From NCBI GenBank assembly GCA_965235115.1, contig OZ249436.1, positions 47,804,001 to 47,868,000 on the forward strand: DNA of 64,000 nucleotides. Reading direction: 5' to 3'. Shown here one piece after another: positions 24,061 through 35,343 of this stretch (position 1 is the stretch's first letter; each line of letters begins with the position of its first letter). The DNA is from Laetmonice hystrix. Its lineage: Eukaryota. The position numbers were made by a program, and so were the translations under genes. The notes under the pieces were generated by a model, which saw only the letters and a program-made list of their open reading frames with translations, was not told where the DNA came from and made no database searches.

Positions 24061-26879
24061 GGACAGGGAGCTAACCTACTTTTAATTTTGTTTGATGCTA
24101 AACCTCTTATGGTATTGAATAAGAAAGTCTCTTCATGGAATTAGAATAAATACGATAAATACATAAACTAGGGGGCCAAATTGCATGCAAATCTTTGCGG
24201 TCCCATTTCCCCACTTTCAAGAACGGCGACTCCAAATCCTTTCCCGTATTTTGCCGCAAACCCAAATCATTCCAGTAGATAGCTGCAACTCGGAATGGTT
24301 CCCATTGATCACACGACCTATTATCCTGAGGGGGGCACTGACACCGGTCGCCCCCTGAGCTATCAGAGCGGCTACTCATGGCCTGAGTTCAACCCTTCTC
24401 TCACTACCCAGTGAAGCCGGGTGAATGGCAGAGAAAGCAAGTGAAACCCTGGTCGTTCGTGCGTGCAATTATGGATTGCAATTAATTAATGGGGTGCAAC
24501 TCCCACCCCCCTCCAACCCCGGTGAGCGGACTGTTTGGGCGGTATACTACACTGTAAAAAAATTCTCTGTAATTTTACAGTTAATTTAACTGGCAGCACA
24601 GCTGCCAGTTATATTAACAGTAATTTTACAGATCTGTTAAACGACAGATAAATTGTAATGCATTTATACAGAATCCAGTTTTTAAACGCCACGTTTGTAA
24701 AATAACAAACGCAAATTATTCATTATAACTGAAATACAGTGATGTAATTATACCGAATCCAGTTTATAAACGCTACGTTTGTAAAATTACAAAATTACTA
24801 TAAAGAATATTTACTGTATTTTTACGGTAAATACTGTTAAAAAATCGTCGATGATAAACGAGAAACAAAAATCTGGCTTTTTAGTTTAAATACATGTAGG
24901 CCTACGTATGGCCTGATTGATAATTTCATTCAAGGTCCATTCAAAGGAAACTCAAACGTCTGCAACCTAAGAGGCTACTCCGCATTATAATATAGTCTGC
25001 TTTTACAAAGGAGTTAATATTATGTTCTCTAGCGTCCAAAGATGGTGTTTTATGAGAAATATTAACAAATCCCACTTCATAATTAGGCCCCTGTTTGACA
25101 TTCCACTCTACTTACCATCACAAAGAGTGTATTCATATTATTGTTAATTTATGGCCACGGTTGCATTAACCGACTATCACAGGTATAGGACACTTCGGGG
25201 TTTAGAAAAATAAAAGGGGCAGGTGATAGTCATCACGTGACCACTGTGCTGGTTATCCAGTAACGTCTTACGTCCTGTAAATTTACAGTTCGTTTATTGT
25301 ACAGATCGAATACAGCAACAGTAGCTGTCAAACTACAGTAACATTGGCAGTAATTTCCAATAACAGGAGCATGCGAATAAGACAGGCACAGTTAATATTT
25401 GCTCATGTGTTGCTGGGTAAGTCCATAAAAAAACATTAAAAAATGTCAAAGATTAATTATAAATAAAGATAAATACAGTTCTTTTTATTCCAATAAATTT
25501 TTCTGTATAGGGGGCTACTCCATTTATCATTACTTCAGGTTTGGGATACTTGTATGCAAAATGAAAGGGAGTATCAAAAAGGTAAACAAATTACAATTTT
25601 GTGAATTTATATCTGGGGATTTTATGGACTGATTGTACAGCATGTTTGTGTGGTTGACAGCAGGTCCTTGCTTCAAGGTTGTTTGGATTCTTTGGCCTGG
25701 GTCAATATTTAGTGTACCATGATGATGCTATATTTTTGGGTTGTAGCGCTCTATCATTTTTTAAAAACTCAAACTGGTGGTGGGTGCTCTGCTTTAGCAT
25801 GACAATAATGTTCCTTCTGTTGGATGATGTAACATTCCCTATTTAGTGTGATTCTTGAATGAATGAAGGTGCTACTTCAATTCACTGACCCTTATTAAAT
25901 TTTAGTATTTGCATTTATGTAGGCCCTACATAGATGTAAAATACAAAAAGGCTCATGCCGCTAAAAAATGCAACCAAGCAACCAGAGCTAGTTTTGCATG
26001 TTGCATTCAAAACCATTGGCCAGCAAATAAGCATGATCTATATGATCAGATGAGGGCAAATTTATTTTAGTTGACCCATGATTTTACCAGGTCTCAATGA
26101 GTATGGTCTTTGGGTAAGGTAATCCTTTATCGACATGTGCTAAATAAATTGTGATATTCCTTTTTAATTCAGAGACTGATAAATTCCTTGCCAGTTTTAT
26201 AATCACTTTGTGTGTAACACAGTGTTAACTTCCATGCAAATTATACATGTATGTAGAAATTAGAACTTGTTTTTACTAAGTACCGGGGGTACTACCAGAT
26301 TTCTTGTATCCTTTTCTCTTTCTCTTTATTAGCAGTTTATTCACACCCCCAACCGCCCTACTGAGGAATGGGATCTTGAAATTGTAATTTTTATGTTCGT
26401 AGTAGGGTAGTAGTAGTAGTAGTAGATCTAGTAGTAGTATAATAGTTTCTGATCCAAATTTGCATGAATGTCTGCTGCATATCATCTATTTCCATCGCTG
26501 AATGGTGGCCGGTCACCCCGGCCACCCCCCCTGGCTACTGGCCTGGACACCCGCTAACTGCACAAATCTGCATGATTTTTCCAAGTGTCAGCAACTGACT
26601 GAAAGATAGAATAAAACAAGAGCCTTAGACAAAGAGAAGCAGGAGAAAACACATTTTTGGAGATTCCACCGAGACAATTTTATCTATTATTATTAGATCT
26701 CTAACCTTGAAATAAAGCGATCATTTCATTTGGGCAAATATTCTTACTGGCCCACATTACAGGAATGAGGAGGATTCCAAATCCCTTGGCTTATACAAAA
26801 CTGAGAAACACTAGTAGATCTAACGGTTAGTAGTTATACCAGTACCAAGTTTAAGCAAAAACAAAAGGATCAAAGCATG

Positions 26880-27009
26880 CAGACGCGGATCCGGGGGGGG
26901 GGGGGGTCCAGGGGGGGGGTCCCCCCCTGCTCAGCACCAACTTAGGTTTTTGCTATGTTATCGGGGAAGGGTCCCAGACTTTTTGCAAAAATTCCTGGAT
27001 CTGCGCCTG
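26880..27009. mobile_element. Small poly-G MITE nested in the EnSpm-like element, 5-bp TSD
   Basis: GCATG-CAGACGCGGATCC...GGATCTGCGCCTG-GCATG. Confidence 0.8.
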
Positions 27010-28476
27010 GCATGATAGGTGCGGCATTCATTGTGAGCAGCAGTCACTGTGAGCGGCAGTTACTGTGACAGTGAGCGGCATGATTTTGATGGAACCATCG
27101 ATGGAATTTTGATGATTTTGCAATGATCAAACATTTTGATGGTTTGATGGAAATCATTACATTATTTTAATTTATACAGTAACTTGAGTAAGTCGATGGT
27201 GGTGGCTGAGATGAAGACCTGCTGCTAAAATTAAATAATGCTGGTTGGCTTTCTGCTTCACCTCGCTCAGCGGCGATCTCAATTAAGCCCTTAACAGGCT
27301 TGAGTCACTCGAGTCAAGGGCCTTGTCCCTGCCAGGCTCAGTCTACGGGGTGGATGTGCTGCTGGGGACCGGGGGTGAAGCTGTCGTCGATCTGGTAGAC
27401 CTTGGCCAGGCAGGTCTAGCCCCTCCCTCTGCTCTGGTGGTGCAACAAACTGTCACTGTCACTGACTGTCACTGTCAGTGTCACTGTGTCACAGTGTACG
27501 TGTGACTGTGTCAGTGTCAGTGACCGCCTCAGACTCAGTCATGATCGCCGCTCACAACAAGTTGAACAACTGTCAGTGATCGCCGCTCACACTGTTGTCA
27601 CTGACACGTGACAGTAGCTGCCGCTCACAGACTCAGTGACTGGTATTCTTTGTAATAATAAGTGTACCATACCTGGAGATGTGAAGAACTGCAGTGGAAT
27701 GACGTACTGGCTGATAGGATTCACCGGTCGAAACGTACGCCATGCGGCCATATCGGTTTGTTTATCCCGAGGCGGACAACCGGAAGTGTGTTTTAGACAT
27801 GCGCACTCGAGACTGTGAAGTGGCTTAATGGCCCTTTCTTTTCCAATGGAGTTCAAGAAGTGAGACTGAAAAATGCTTTTTATTTTCAGATCTATCCTAC
27901 AATTGAACTCTGGCAGTTTATTCAGGCAGTGTCTCTGCTTGTCATCGTGATGGTGTGTGGTGCATGCATTAGAAACATCGTTAAGTTATTTGTATCTTTG
28001 AATTTTAAGCAATGAATGTAAAACGAAGTCATGTAGATATATTATAGTTACAGTATACATGTAGTTATTTTATTTATTGTAATTTGCTGTAATATTAGTT
28101 ACAGTACCGTAATAATTGTATTAGTTTAATGAGGAAAAGACCATAGTAAGAAATATGTGTTTAGTCCTTCAGGGTACAGGTTTGGTAATCCTGCTACATG
28201 TTCAAAGACTGATGCTTCTTGTATCCCGATGGCAGCGAATGCCAGATGAATACATTATCTTAATTTTATCGCATGGTCGTTTTACTATGTTATTTAAAAA
28301 AATATTTAATCATGCTGATAGAAATGACAATCTGAAGGATTGATTGATGTGAAGTGGGTCCAAAAGTCCATTTAGTATATATAATCGAATACCTTGTTTT
28401 TGACAGGAATGTGGTGCCACTGGTGGATCTTTATTAAATATAACCTGAGATCTGTTTTTGTACAGGAATGTTTTAA

Positions 28477-28786
28477 TTACAGAAAAAGTGCTGGCAAAAG
28501 TGTTGCCAGAATTTTGCGGTAAATTTACACCGTAATTGTAAATTAACCGACTGTAGGTTAATTAATGTACGGTGCTGTTAATTAACCAAACGGTAATTTT
28601 ACAATACCTGTAAATTTACATGTCATGTCAAATTACAGGCCATGTAAATTTACAGGTATTGTAAAATTACCGTTTGGTTAATTAACAGCACCGTATGTTA
28701 ATTAACCTAGAGTCGGTTAATTTACAATTATGGTGTAAATTTACCGCAAAATTCTGGCAACACTTTTGCCAGCACTTTTTCTGTAA
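28477..28786. repeat. 310-bp near-perfect inverted repeat (146-bp arms, 18-nt loop)
   Basis: 28477-28622 is the reverse complement of 28641-28786 with a few mismatches. Confidence 0.95.
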
Positions 28787-29073
28787 ATTCACCGAATTAT
28801 TTTTAACAGTGTATTGAACGGTGAAGAGCCTTAAATCGTTTGCTAAATTAAGGGGAAACAATGCAGAAAGTGTCAGGGCCGCCCCCCCCCCGCTTTTTCA
28901 CCCAGGATAAAGATCTCGAAGAACCATTTTTTCAAGCTCCTGTTATTTTCAGAGGATGGATAATATATGCTTATACATGTTAGGCCTATAATATTGTGCT
29001 AGCTATATGTTGATGTTGACGATCAGGTGCCAGAGTCTCTGAGACCTAGGGCTGAACTTCACGGCGTAGGATA

Positions 29074-29511
29074 GGAGAGACCGGGGCACCTTGCATGAAC
29101 ACTGGGGCACCATGAACACTTTGATTCTCAACGTCAAGATAGCCCTCCAAACATACGCGGCACCACCTGAAGGATTGTTTTTGAACCAGGATCATGACGT
29201 CGAGTTCTTATGAGGGTGTTGTGATTTTGTGGCCCACAAAGTGGTTTTGGACCGTCAAAAGCTTTTTTGACCATGGTGCCTCGGCTTGTGTTCATGGTGC
29301 CACATGCCTGGGGCACCATAAACACTTCTTTCAAAAAATTAAAATTCAATTTTCAGTTTTCCCATTTTTTAAATATTGCTTGTACTGTCTCAATACACGT
29401 ATATAGGTATTAAGGATGTGTTGGGCCAAACGAGATCTGGAGTTCTAGGTTTAATAACTTTGTCGAAAATGGTCAATGAAATTTAGGTGTCCGTGGTGCC
29501 CCAGTCTCCCG
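29074..29511. mobile_element. TA-flanked (pogo/Tc1-mariner-like) MITE
   Basis: TA-GGAGAGACCGGGGCACC...GGTGCCCCAGTCTCCCG-TA; internal GGGGCACCATGAACAC subrepeats in both orientations. Confidence 0.7.
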
Positions 29512-31050
29512 TATCGTCAGCCTACATGTCGGCAGTTCCATGACGGCCATAGAGTCCGGCAGGCACTATGGGTAGCAACAATCCAGCCCTTCCTTCCCTC
29601 GTCCATCCCCAACTTTCCTCTCTCAATTTCTATTGTTACATGATTCTACTAGTAAGCTCCTTATTATATCCCTGTCTATCCTTCGTACAAATGGCCTCCT
29701 GTCAGTCCATTGCCAGGTACCCGCCAGCTGTGTGTCAGCTCTGTGCCGCTAGGTGGCGTCTCCACGGTAGAGGGCGCGTTGAGAGGTTGTATATTTTCAT
29801 ATCATATCGTTGTAGGCTATTTCCGCGTTATTTGTCTATAAAAAGTTAATTCCAAATCTGAAGTACGGAAGATCAGTGCGTAAAACAGGTAGTTGTAAGG
29901 CAATACTCATAACTCGGTGAGTTTTTGAGATAGGCTTATCTTGATGAAATTTGGGGAGGGGATGCCCACCTATATGGACATCTCAGCAAATCAAGCAATA
30001 ATTAGGAAAATACATTGTCTGAAATTTATATCGTTTAATATTTCAGGGACTTTGGCAGATATGTGTAGGCCCTAATTGGTCGTATAGAGACTGGCGTTGG
30101 TAGATCTAAGGTTGAGACCTGATGCTAGGCCTACAGGGTAAGAGATGGTAGGGTTGAGGATCGTAACCATGTCCATGAGCTATGTCTTGTTTGCTATGGA
30201 CACATATTTGAATAGACTATATCCGGTCTCTTCAACCAAAAGGCCTAGGCCTAGATCTATGCATTGTTATAAGATACAAGTATCGTCAGCATATGTCTGC
30301 AGTTCCATCATGGCCGTAGAGTCCGGCAGGCACTATGGAGCCCAACAATCCAACACTTTTTTCTTCCTTCTTCCATCCCCTACCTCCCTCTCTCAATTTC
30401 TGTTATATGATTCTACCAGTAAGGGTGTCCATCGACAGCCAGCTGTGTGTCAGTTATGTGCCGCTAGGTGGCAACTCCACGATAGATGGCGCCCTAAGAT
30501 GTCGTGTATGTTGATCTCATCACTTTATGTAGGCCCTATATCCGTTTATTCGTCTTGCAAAATTACGGAAGATGTGCTCTCTCCAGGCGATAGGCCTATG
30601 CACTGGTATGTATACGATACAAGTATCGTCAGCCTAGATGTCGGCAGTTCCATCATGGCCGAAGAGTCTGGCAGGCAAGATGGAGAGCAACAATCCGACC
30701 CTTTCTTCCTTCATCCCCTACTTTCCTCTCTCAATGTGTATTGTTACATGATTCTACTAATGCGTTCCTTATTATATCTTTGTCTATCCTTCGTACAAAT
30801 GCGTTCCTGTTAATCGTATAAAAAGGCATTTAACCCTTCCCTCGGGGCTTCGCCCCATAGTGAAGGGTTATCTGACACCAGACCCTCGGGCGACCACCAA
30901 AGACCAGGATCTAGCCCCTAATTATATATGTGTGTAGACTCTATCCTTCGCACAAATGGCCTCCCGTCTGGCCATTGTCAGCTTTGTGCCGCTATAGGTG
31001 GCAACTCCACGATAGAGGGCGCCTTGCGGAGGTCGTTTGTAAGTATCGCC
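29511..31050. repeat. Three diverged direct copies of a ~300-350-bp module
   Basis: GTATCGTCAGC..GCAGTTCCAT..GGCC..AGAGTC.GGCAGGCA at ~29511, ~30280, ~30623; shared downstream GCCGCTAGGTGGC..CTCCACG.TAGA.GGCG block. Confidence 0.85.
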
Positions 31051-33656
31051 TATATGGCTATAATAGTGTAGCACCAGGATCTTGGATTTTGTTCCCAGAT
31101 GCCAGGAAAACGCGTATTTGGCAGTATATAATAACTATAGCCTAGTAACTATAGTAACGTAGTGCGCAAAGTAGTTTACAGATTGTCGGTATCCAGCCTA
31201 GCGCGGGATTGTTCATCGGCCCAGGTTACATTATCGGTGCCAGTCGCAGGGATAGACTATTGTTAGACGCCCTATTGTTGGGTCTTTTGTTTTGGGACTC
31301 ACTGATGTGTGAAGAAATGTAAGCAGCCTAGCTTTGCCTGCATGAAACATCGATCAGGTCCCTGTCGATCTATACGTGTGACCCTGATTATAGGCCTATG
31401 TCAAGGCCGTTGCCTGCGGAGGGGGGGGGGGGGGGGGATTGAAAGAAAAGTTCGTTTTCCTACATTCTGAGAACACAAAATATATTATGTAGGCTACAAT
31501 TTCCTAGTGTCGAACTTTCACATGTGGCCCTGATACATTCTTAATGTCAGGGCCGTAGCCTGGGGGGGGGGGGGGGGGGGGGGCAAGGCTGGCCCCTGGG
31601 ATTTTTGGGCAGGCTCCGGCCCTCTATGGGAAATGAAAACCAACAAATTAATTTTCCAGTGTTAATAGATTTATTTTTTGGTAGAAAACATTTTATGACC
31701 TACAAGAAAACACGCTTGTGACAACATCATCTTGCAAAAAGCAAGCAGCACATAGGTTTATATATAACTATCCTTGCATAGCCCTTGACCTCTTGACCTC
31801 TTAAAGTAGGAATCTTGAGTGCAATCAACTTCCCCGTTCCCTTTGACAAAGGTGGTGTGTGCGGGGAGGGGGGGGGGGTCTCTCATTTTCCTTGTCTATA
31901 AGTTAACTCTCTTATATAACTAACTGATCAATACCGGGGGTAGGTCTACTTGTAATCCACGGTTAACATTAAGCCATCGCAGTCAGTTACAAGATGCAGC
32001 TTTCCTATAGGACTCACAGACCCGATCCTGATGCTCCGGCCTGTCCCGAGAAGTTATACAGAGAATCTATTATAAATTGTATAAAAACCATGCATGCATG
32101 TGAGGTTTAAATGGACCATATATTTTAATGCTTAATTATGTAGGCCTAAATATTTATTATACATGTATCGGACTATTTGTGACATTTTGTAAGCAGTCAA
32201 GCCTTGTATTTTCTATTCACGACTTAAAATAAGTCGCAAAAACTAATATTGAAAGTCGTAATCTTTCACGTTTTCTCACAGAATTGCATACGACCAGCCT
32301 GTATAATCGCTGTATAATTTTATATAATTAATTAACTAAACTTTGTCATGATTTTGTCATATTGCAGGAAGGGGGGGGGGTAAAGAATCTGACCCAATCT
32401 GGAGAATACCAAGCCTTGGACAAAACACCAATATGTATTTAATATAAACAGGGATAAATATGGTAGTTGCTCCTTTGTATTTCTATAAACCACGATCAAA
32501 CACGATGCACACAGACATAACCTATTCTTATAACCCTCGATCTGACATGAACTAATTCAGATCCATTTTGATACTTTAATCTAAACTACCCCTATTGCTG
32601 TGGATCAGTCAAACCAAAATGAAATATATTTTAGTCATATTAAATATAACATTCTGTTATCATTTTCTAGTTTTGCTGTCATAAAGCCCCTCGTCTGACA
32701 ACCCTGGGTCATGTTTTCTGCCTCTGTTTACTGGTTTCTAACACATCCAGTCCCATCATGCTGGGTGACTATTTCTTCGACCAATGCGATCCGGGATTTT
32801 GTCGCCGCGATGTCGACAATTTGACCTTACGGTCTGCGTTAGCCGTTTGGAAGCTGTGTTTCTGGAATTCGAACAAAGACAACTTGTAAAGTCGATGTGC
32901 GTTATCATTATATAGTGTGTATTCTGAGAAGGGCCTAGATACAAAGCTAACAAGAATAAACAATATCTGCGTTTTACATTAAATTTTTGTTTAAACATAG
33001 GCTGTTAGCAGGTATAGTGGCCAACACCGTCCAAACACACATGCAAGCTGTGCAAGTCAGCTCAAATATCAACTGAAATGAAATAGTGAATCCAGCCTAA
33101 ACCTGCTAATTAAAGAACTTTTCTAACACCAACGTCTAAAATACAATGTCCAGGCTATCACCAATTCATGTAAATTAAACGTGCATTTCTAGTTGTCAAA
33201 TGTGCACAGCCTTCTTATAGTTTCAGTACTATTTAAGTAGACCTAAAACATCAAGCAGCAGATTCTCTGCCTGAAAACTATTTCCGACTACGTGTTATTA
33301 ATTAGATATAGAACATATCCGACCTTGATACCCGAATTACTGATTTCAAATAAAATCTTCAAGGTAAAGCATTAATTTTGTTGAATAAATACGTGAATAA
33401 AAAGTCTGTAATTCAGGTTAGCATGTTGACTAAGGTTGTAATACCTCTATATCGACCCCCGAGTTGGTGGGTAAATAAATGTAAGCCAATCTACAGGCCT
33501 ACAAAATGGCCGGTTACACCTATAATAGTAAGAGTGCGGCAGTGAGCTAGTTGTAGGCCTACTGGCAGTGGAGTGGTGGTAAGCTATAGTTGCACAGGTG
33601 TGAAAGAAATCAAAGTCCCCCTGAAGTCCGATGGACCTACTCTCCCTGAACTATAA

Positions 33657-34619
33657 AGGCCTAGACACACATGGGCGTCAAGAGGCAAGCGTCGAGCGTC
33701 AAGCGTCATGCCGCTCTGAATGCAGTATGGTTTTCTATTACACCGTTCACATATCGGGTGGATAAAAAAAAACGCCCCGAACTTTAAACTTCAATATTTC
33801 AAAAAGTAATGATTGTAATTCAATGAATTTTTTCTTAATATCACTTCATGATGTTGTCTCTTAGTTGTTATTGTTATAACTCAATAGCTTGGATAATATT
33901 TAATAGAGTAGGTGGTCAATCGGTCCCCCGTTTTCACTCCATACTGCTCTCAGTGTCTTTTTCCATGAGCCAATGCACTTCCTGATCTCTGATAGGGAAA
34001 TATCTTCCCAATATTGGGAAATATGCAACGTTTTGAATGTGTTGCTAAACGTGATAATGATACGATTTCCCTTGAACTTCTCGTTACAGCCATATCGTCC
34101 TAATGTTGCAGTTTCTCTGTAGGGTTTTGCACATTAAACATCTGTTTTTCTCTAAAAGTACTAGGAATAGCACATATTTTATTATATCTAGTGGTCCATA
34201 ACATGATACATATTGTAAAACATGCAAAAACTAAATATTGATTTTTTGACCCAAGGTACAATGCGGTGCATCAAACAGGTGTCAAATTGGACACCTGGCA
34301 GCTGCATGACATTTGACCTAATTCCGGCATTGCATTTTTAGACACTGATTTCTGTTTTTAGCGCCACGGGAATAATATCAAAGCTATTGAGCTAAAACTT
34401 TAATATACCAGAGATAATATCATGAAGTGATATTAAGAGAAATTTTATTGAATTATAATCCATAGTTTTTGAAATATTAAAGTTTAAAGTTCGGGGCGTT
34501 TTTTTTATCCACCCGATATATGGGCGGCGCGTCTAAAAATAACGCATTCAGAGAGTCACTTTCAAAATGACGCTTGACTCTCGACGCTTGCCGCTTGACG
34601 ACCATGTGTGTCTAGGCCT
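33657..34619. mobile_element. PIF/Harbinger-like MITE, copy 2, with TAA TSD and a nested insertion
   Basis: TAA-AGGCCTAGACACACATGG...CCATGTGTGTCTAGGCCT-TAA; matches 14907-15117 once 33754-34516 is removed. Confidence 0.9.
33754..34516. mobile_element. TA-flanked mariner-like non-autonomous element with ~145-bp imperfect TIRs
   Basis: TA-TCGGGTGGATAAAAAAAAACGCCCCGAACTTTAAACTT...AAGTTTAAAGTTCGGGGCGTTTTTTTTATCCACCCGA-TA. Confidence 0.88.
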
Positions 34620-35343
34620 TAAGTCGGACGGACCTGCATTCCTAGGACTTGAAGCCAGTGATGTTGTATTATTGAAATATTTCTTCATAAGTATATCCCT
34701 ATTCCTAACCTTAACCCTAATCCACTTGTATTTTCTTAATTATATTGTCTTATACCATGAAGTTGATGACCTAAGACCTGCATGACCTGCATTCCTTTCA
34801 CACCTGCAATCGAGTGGCGGTGAGCTAGATTCTGGATCTGACGGTGAACTTAGCTTGTTTGGCAATGAGAGATAGAGAAAGATAGAGTAAGATAGAGTGT
34901 CTGGAGACCGATTCCGATCAATGGGACCACCGTGATTATTAAAAACAAAAAACAAAACCGTCCAAACCGATCACCTGAGAACAGTGTGAACAGAGTACAT
35001 GGAGAGAGAGGCACCTCGTACGAAACGCTAGGCTACCTAGGCCACGTTTGGTGTATAAAGAAAGCGAGGAGGAAGTTGACCAGTGTAATTCAAACACTTG
35101 ATGGTGCTGCTAACAGCAAGGGGGAACTGAAGGAAAGCTTTCAGACAGGAAGGCGTTACAATAAGTCAGACAGGAAGTCAGAGTGAGGCAGTGCAAGAGA
35201 TTCCATGGATATTTTGTACAAGTCGCGCCTGCCGGTCAGTTGGTGGTTCAGCGAGCGTTGCCTGGTTACCAGGCAGTACTGAGAAGACCCTACAAAGCTA
35301 GCCCCGGCCATTAGGCCTATCTAAAACAGATAGCTTGATAAGC

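Larger units (their letters stand above)
24550..28811. mobile_element. ~4.3-kb non-autonomous CACTG-ended (CMC/EnSpm-like) DNA transposon
   Basis: TA-CACTGTAAAAAA...TTTTAACAGTG-TA; subterminal CTGGCA(N7)TGCCAG motif and GTAA(A/T)TTTAC repeats at both ends; no transposase ORF. Confidence 0.8.

Noticed and set aside
30145..30813. 222-aa plus-strand ORF
   Set aside because: Runs through diverged module copies whose indels do not preserve frame; no recognisable domain.
31400..31880. Long poly-G tracts as a dedicated system
   Set aside because: They occur throughout as cores of small MITE remnants, and homopolymer lengths are error-prone.
34700..34725. CCTAACC-type motifs as interstitial telomere
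   Set aside because: Only 2-3 degenerate units embedded in dispersed repeats.
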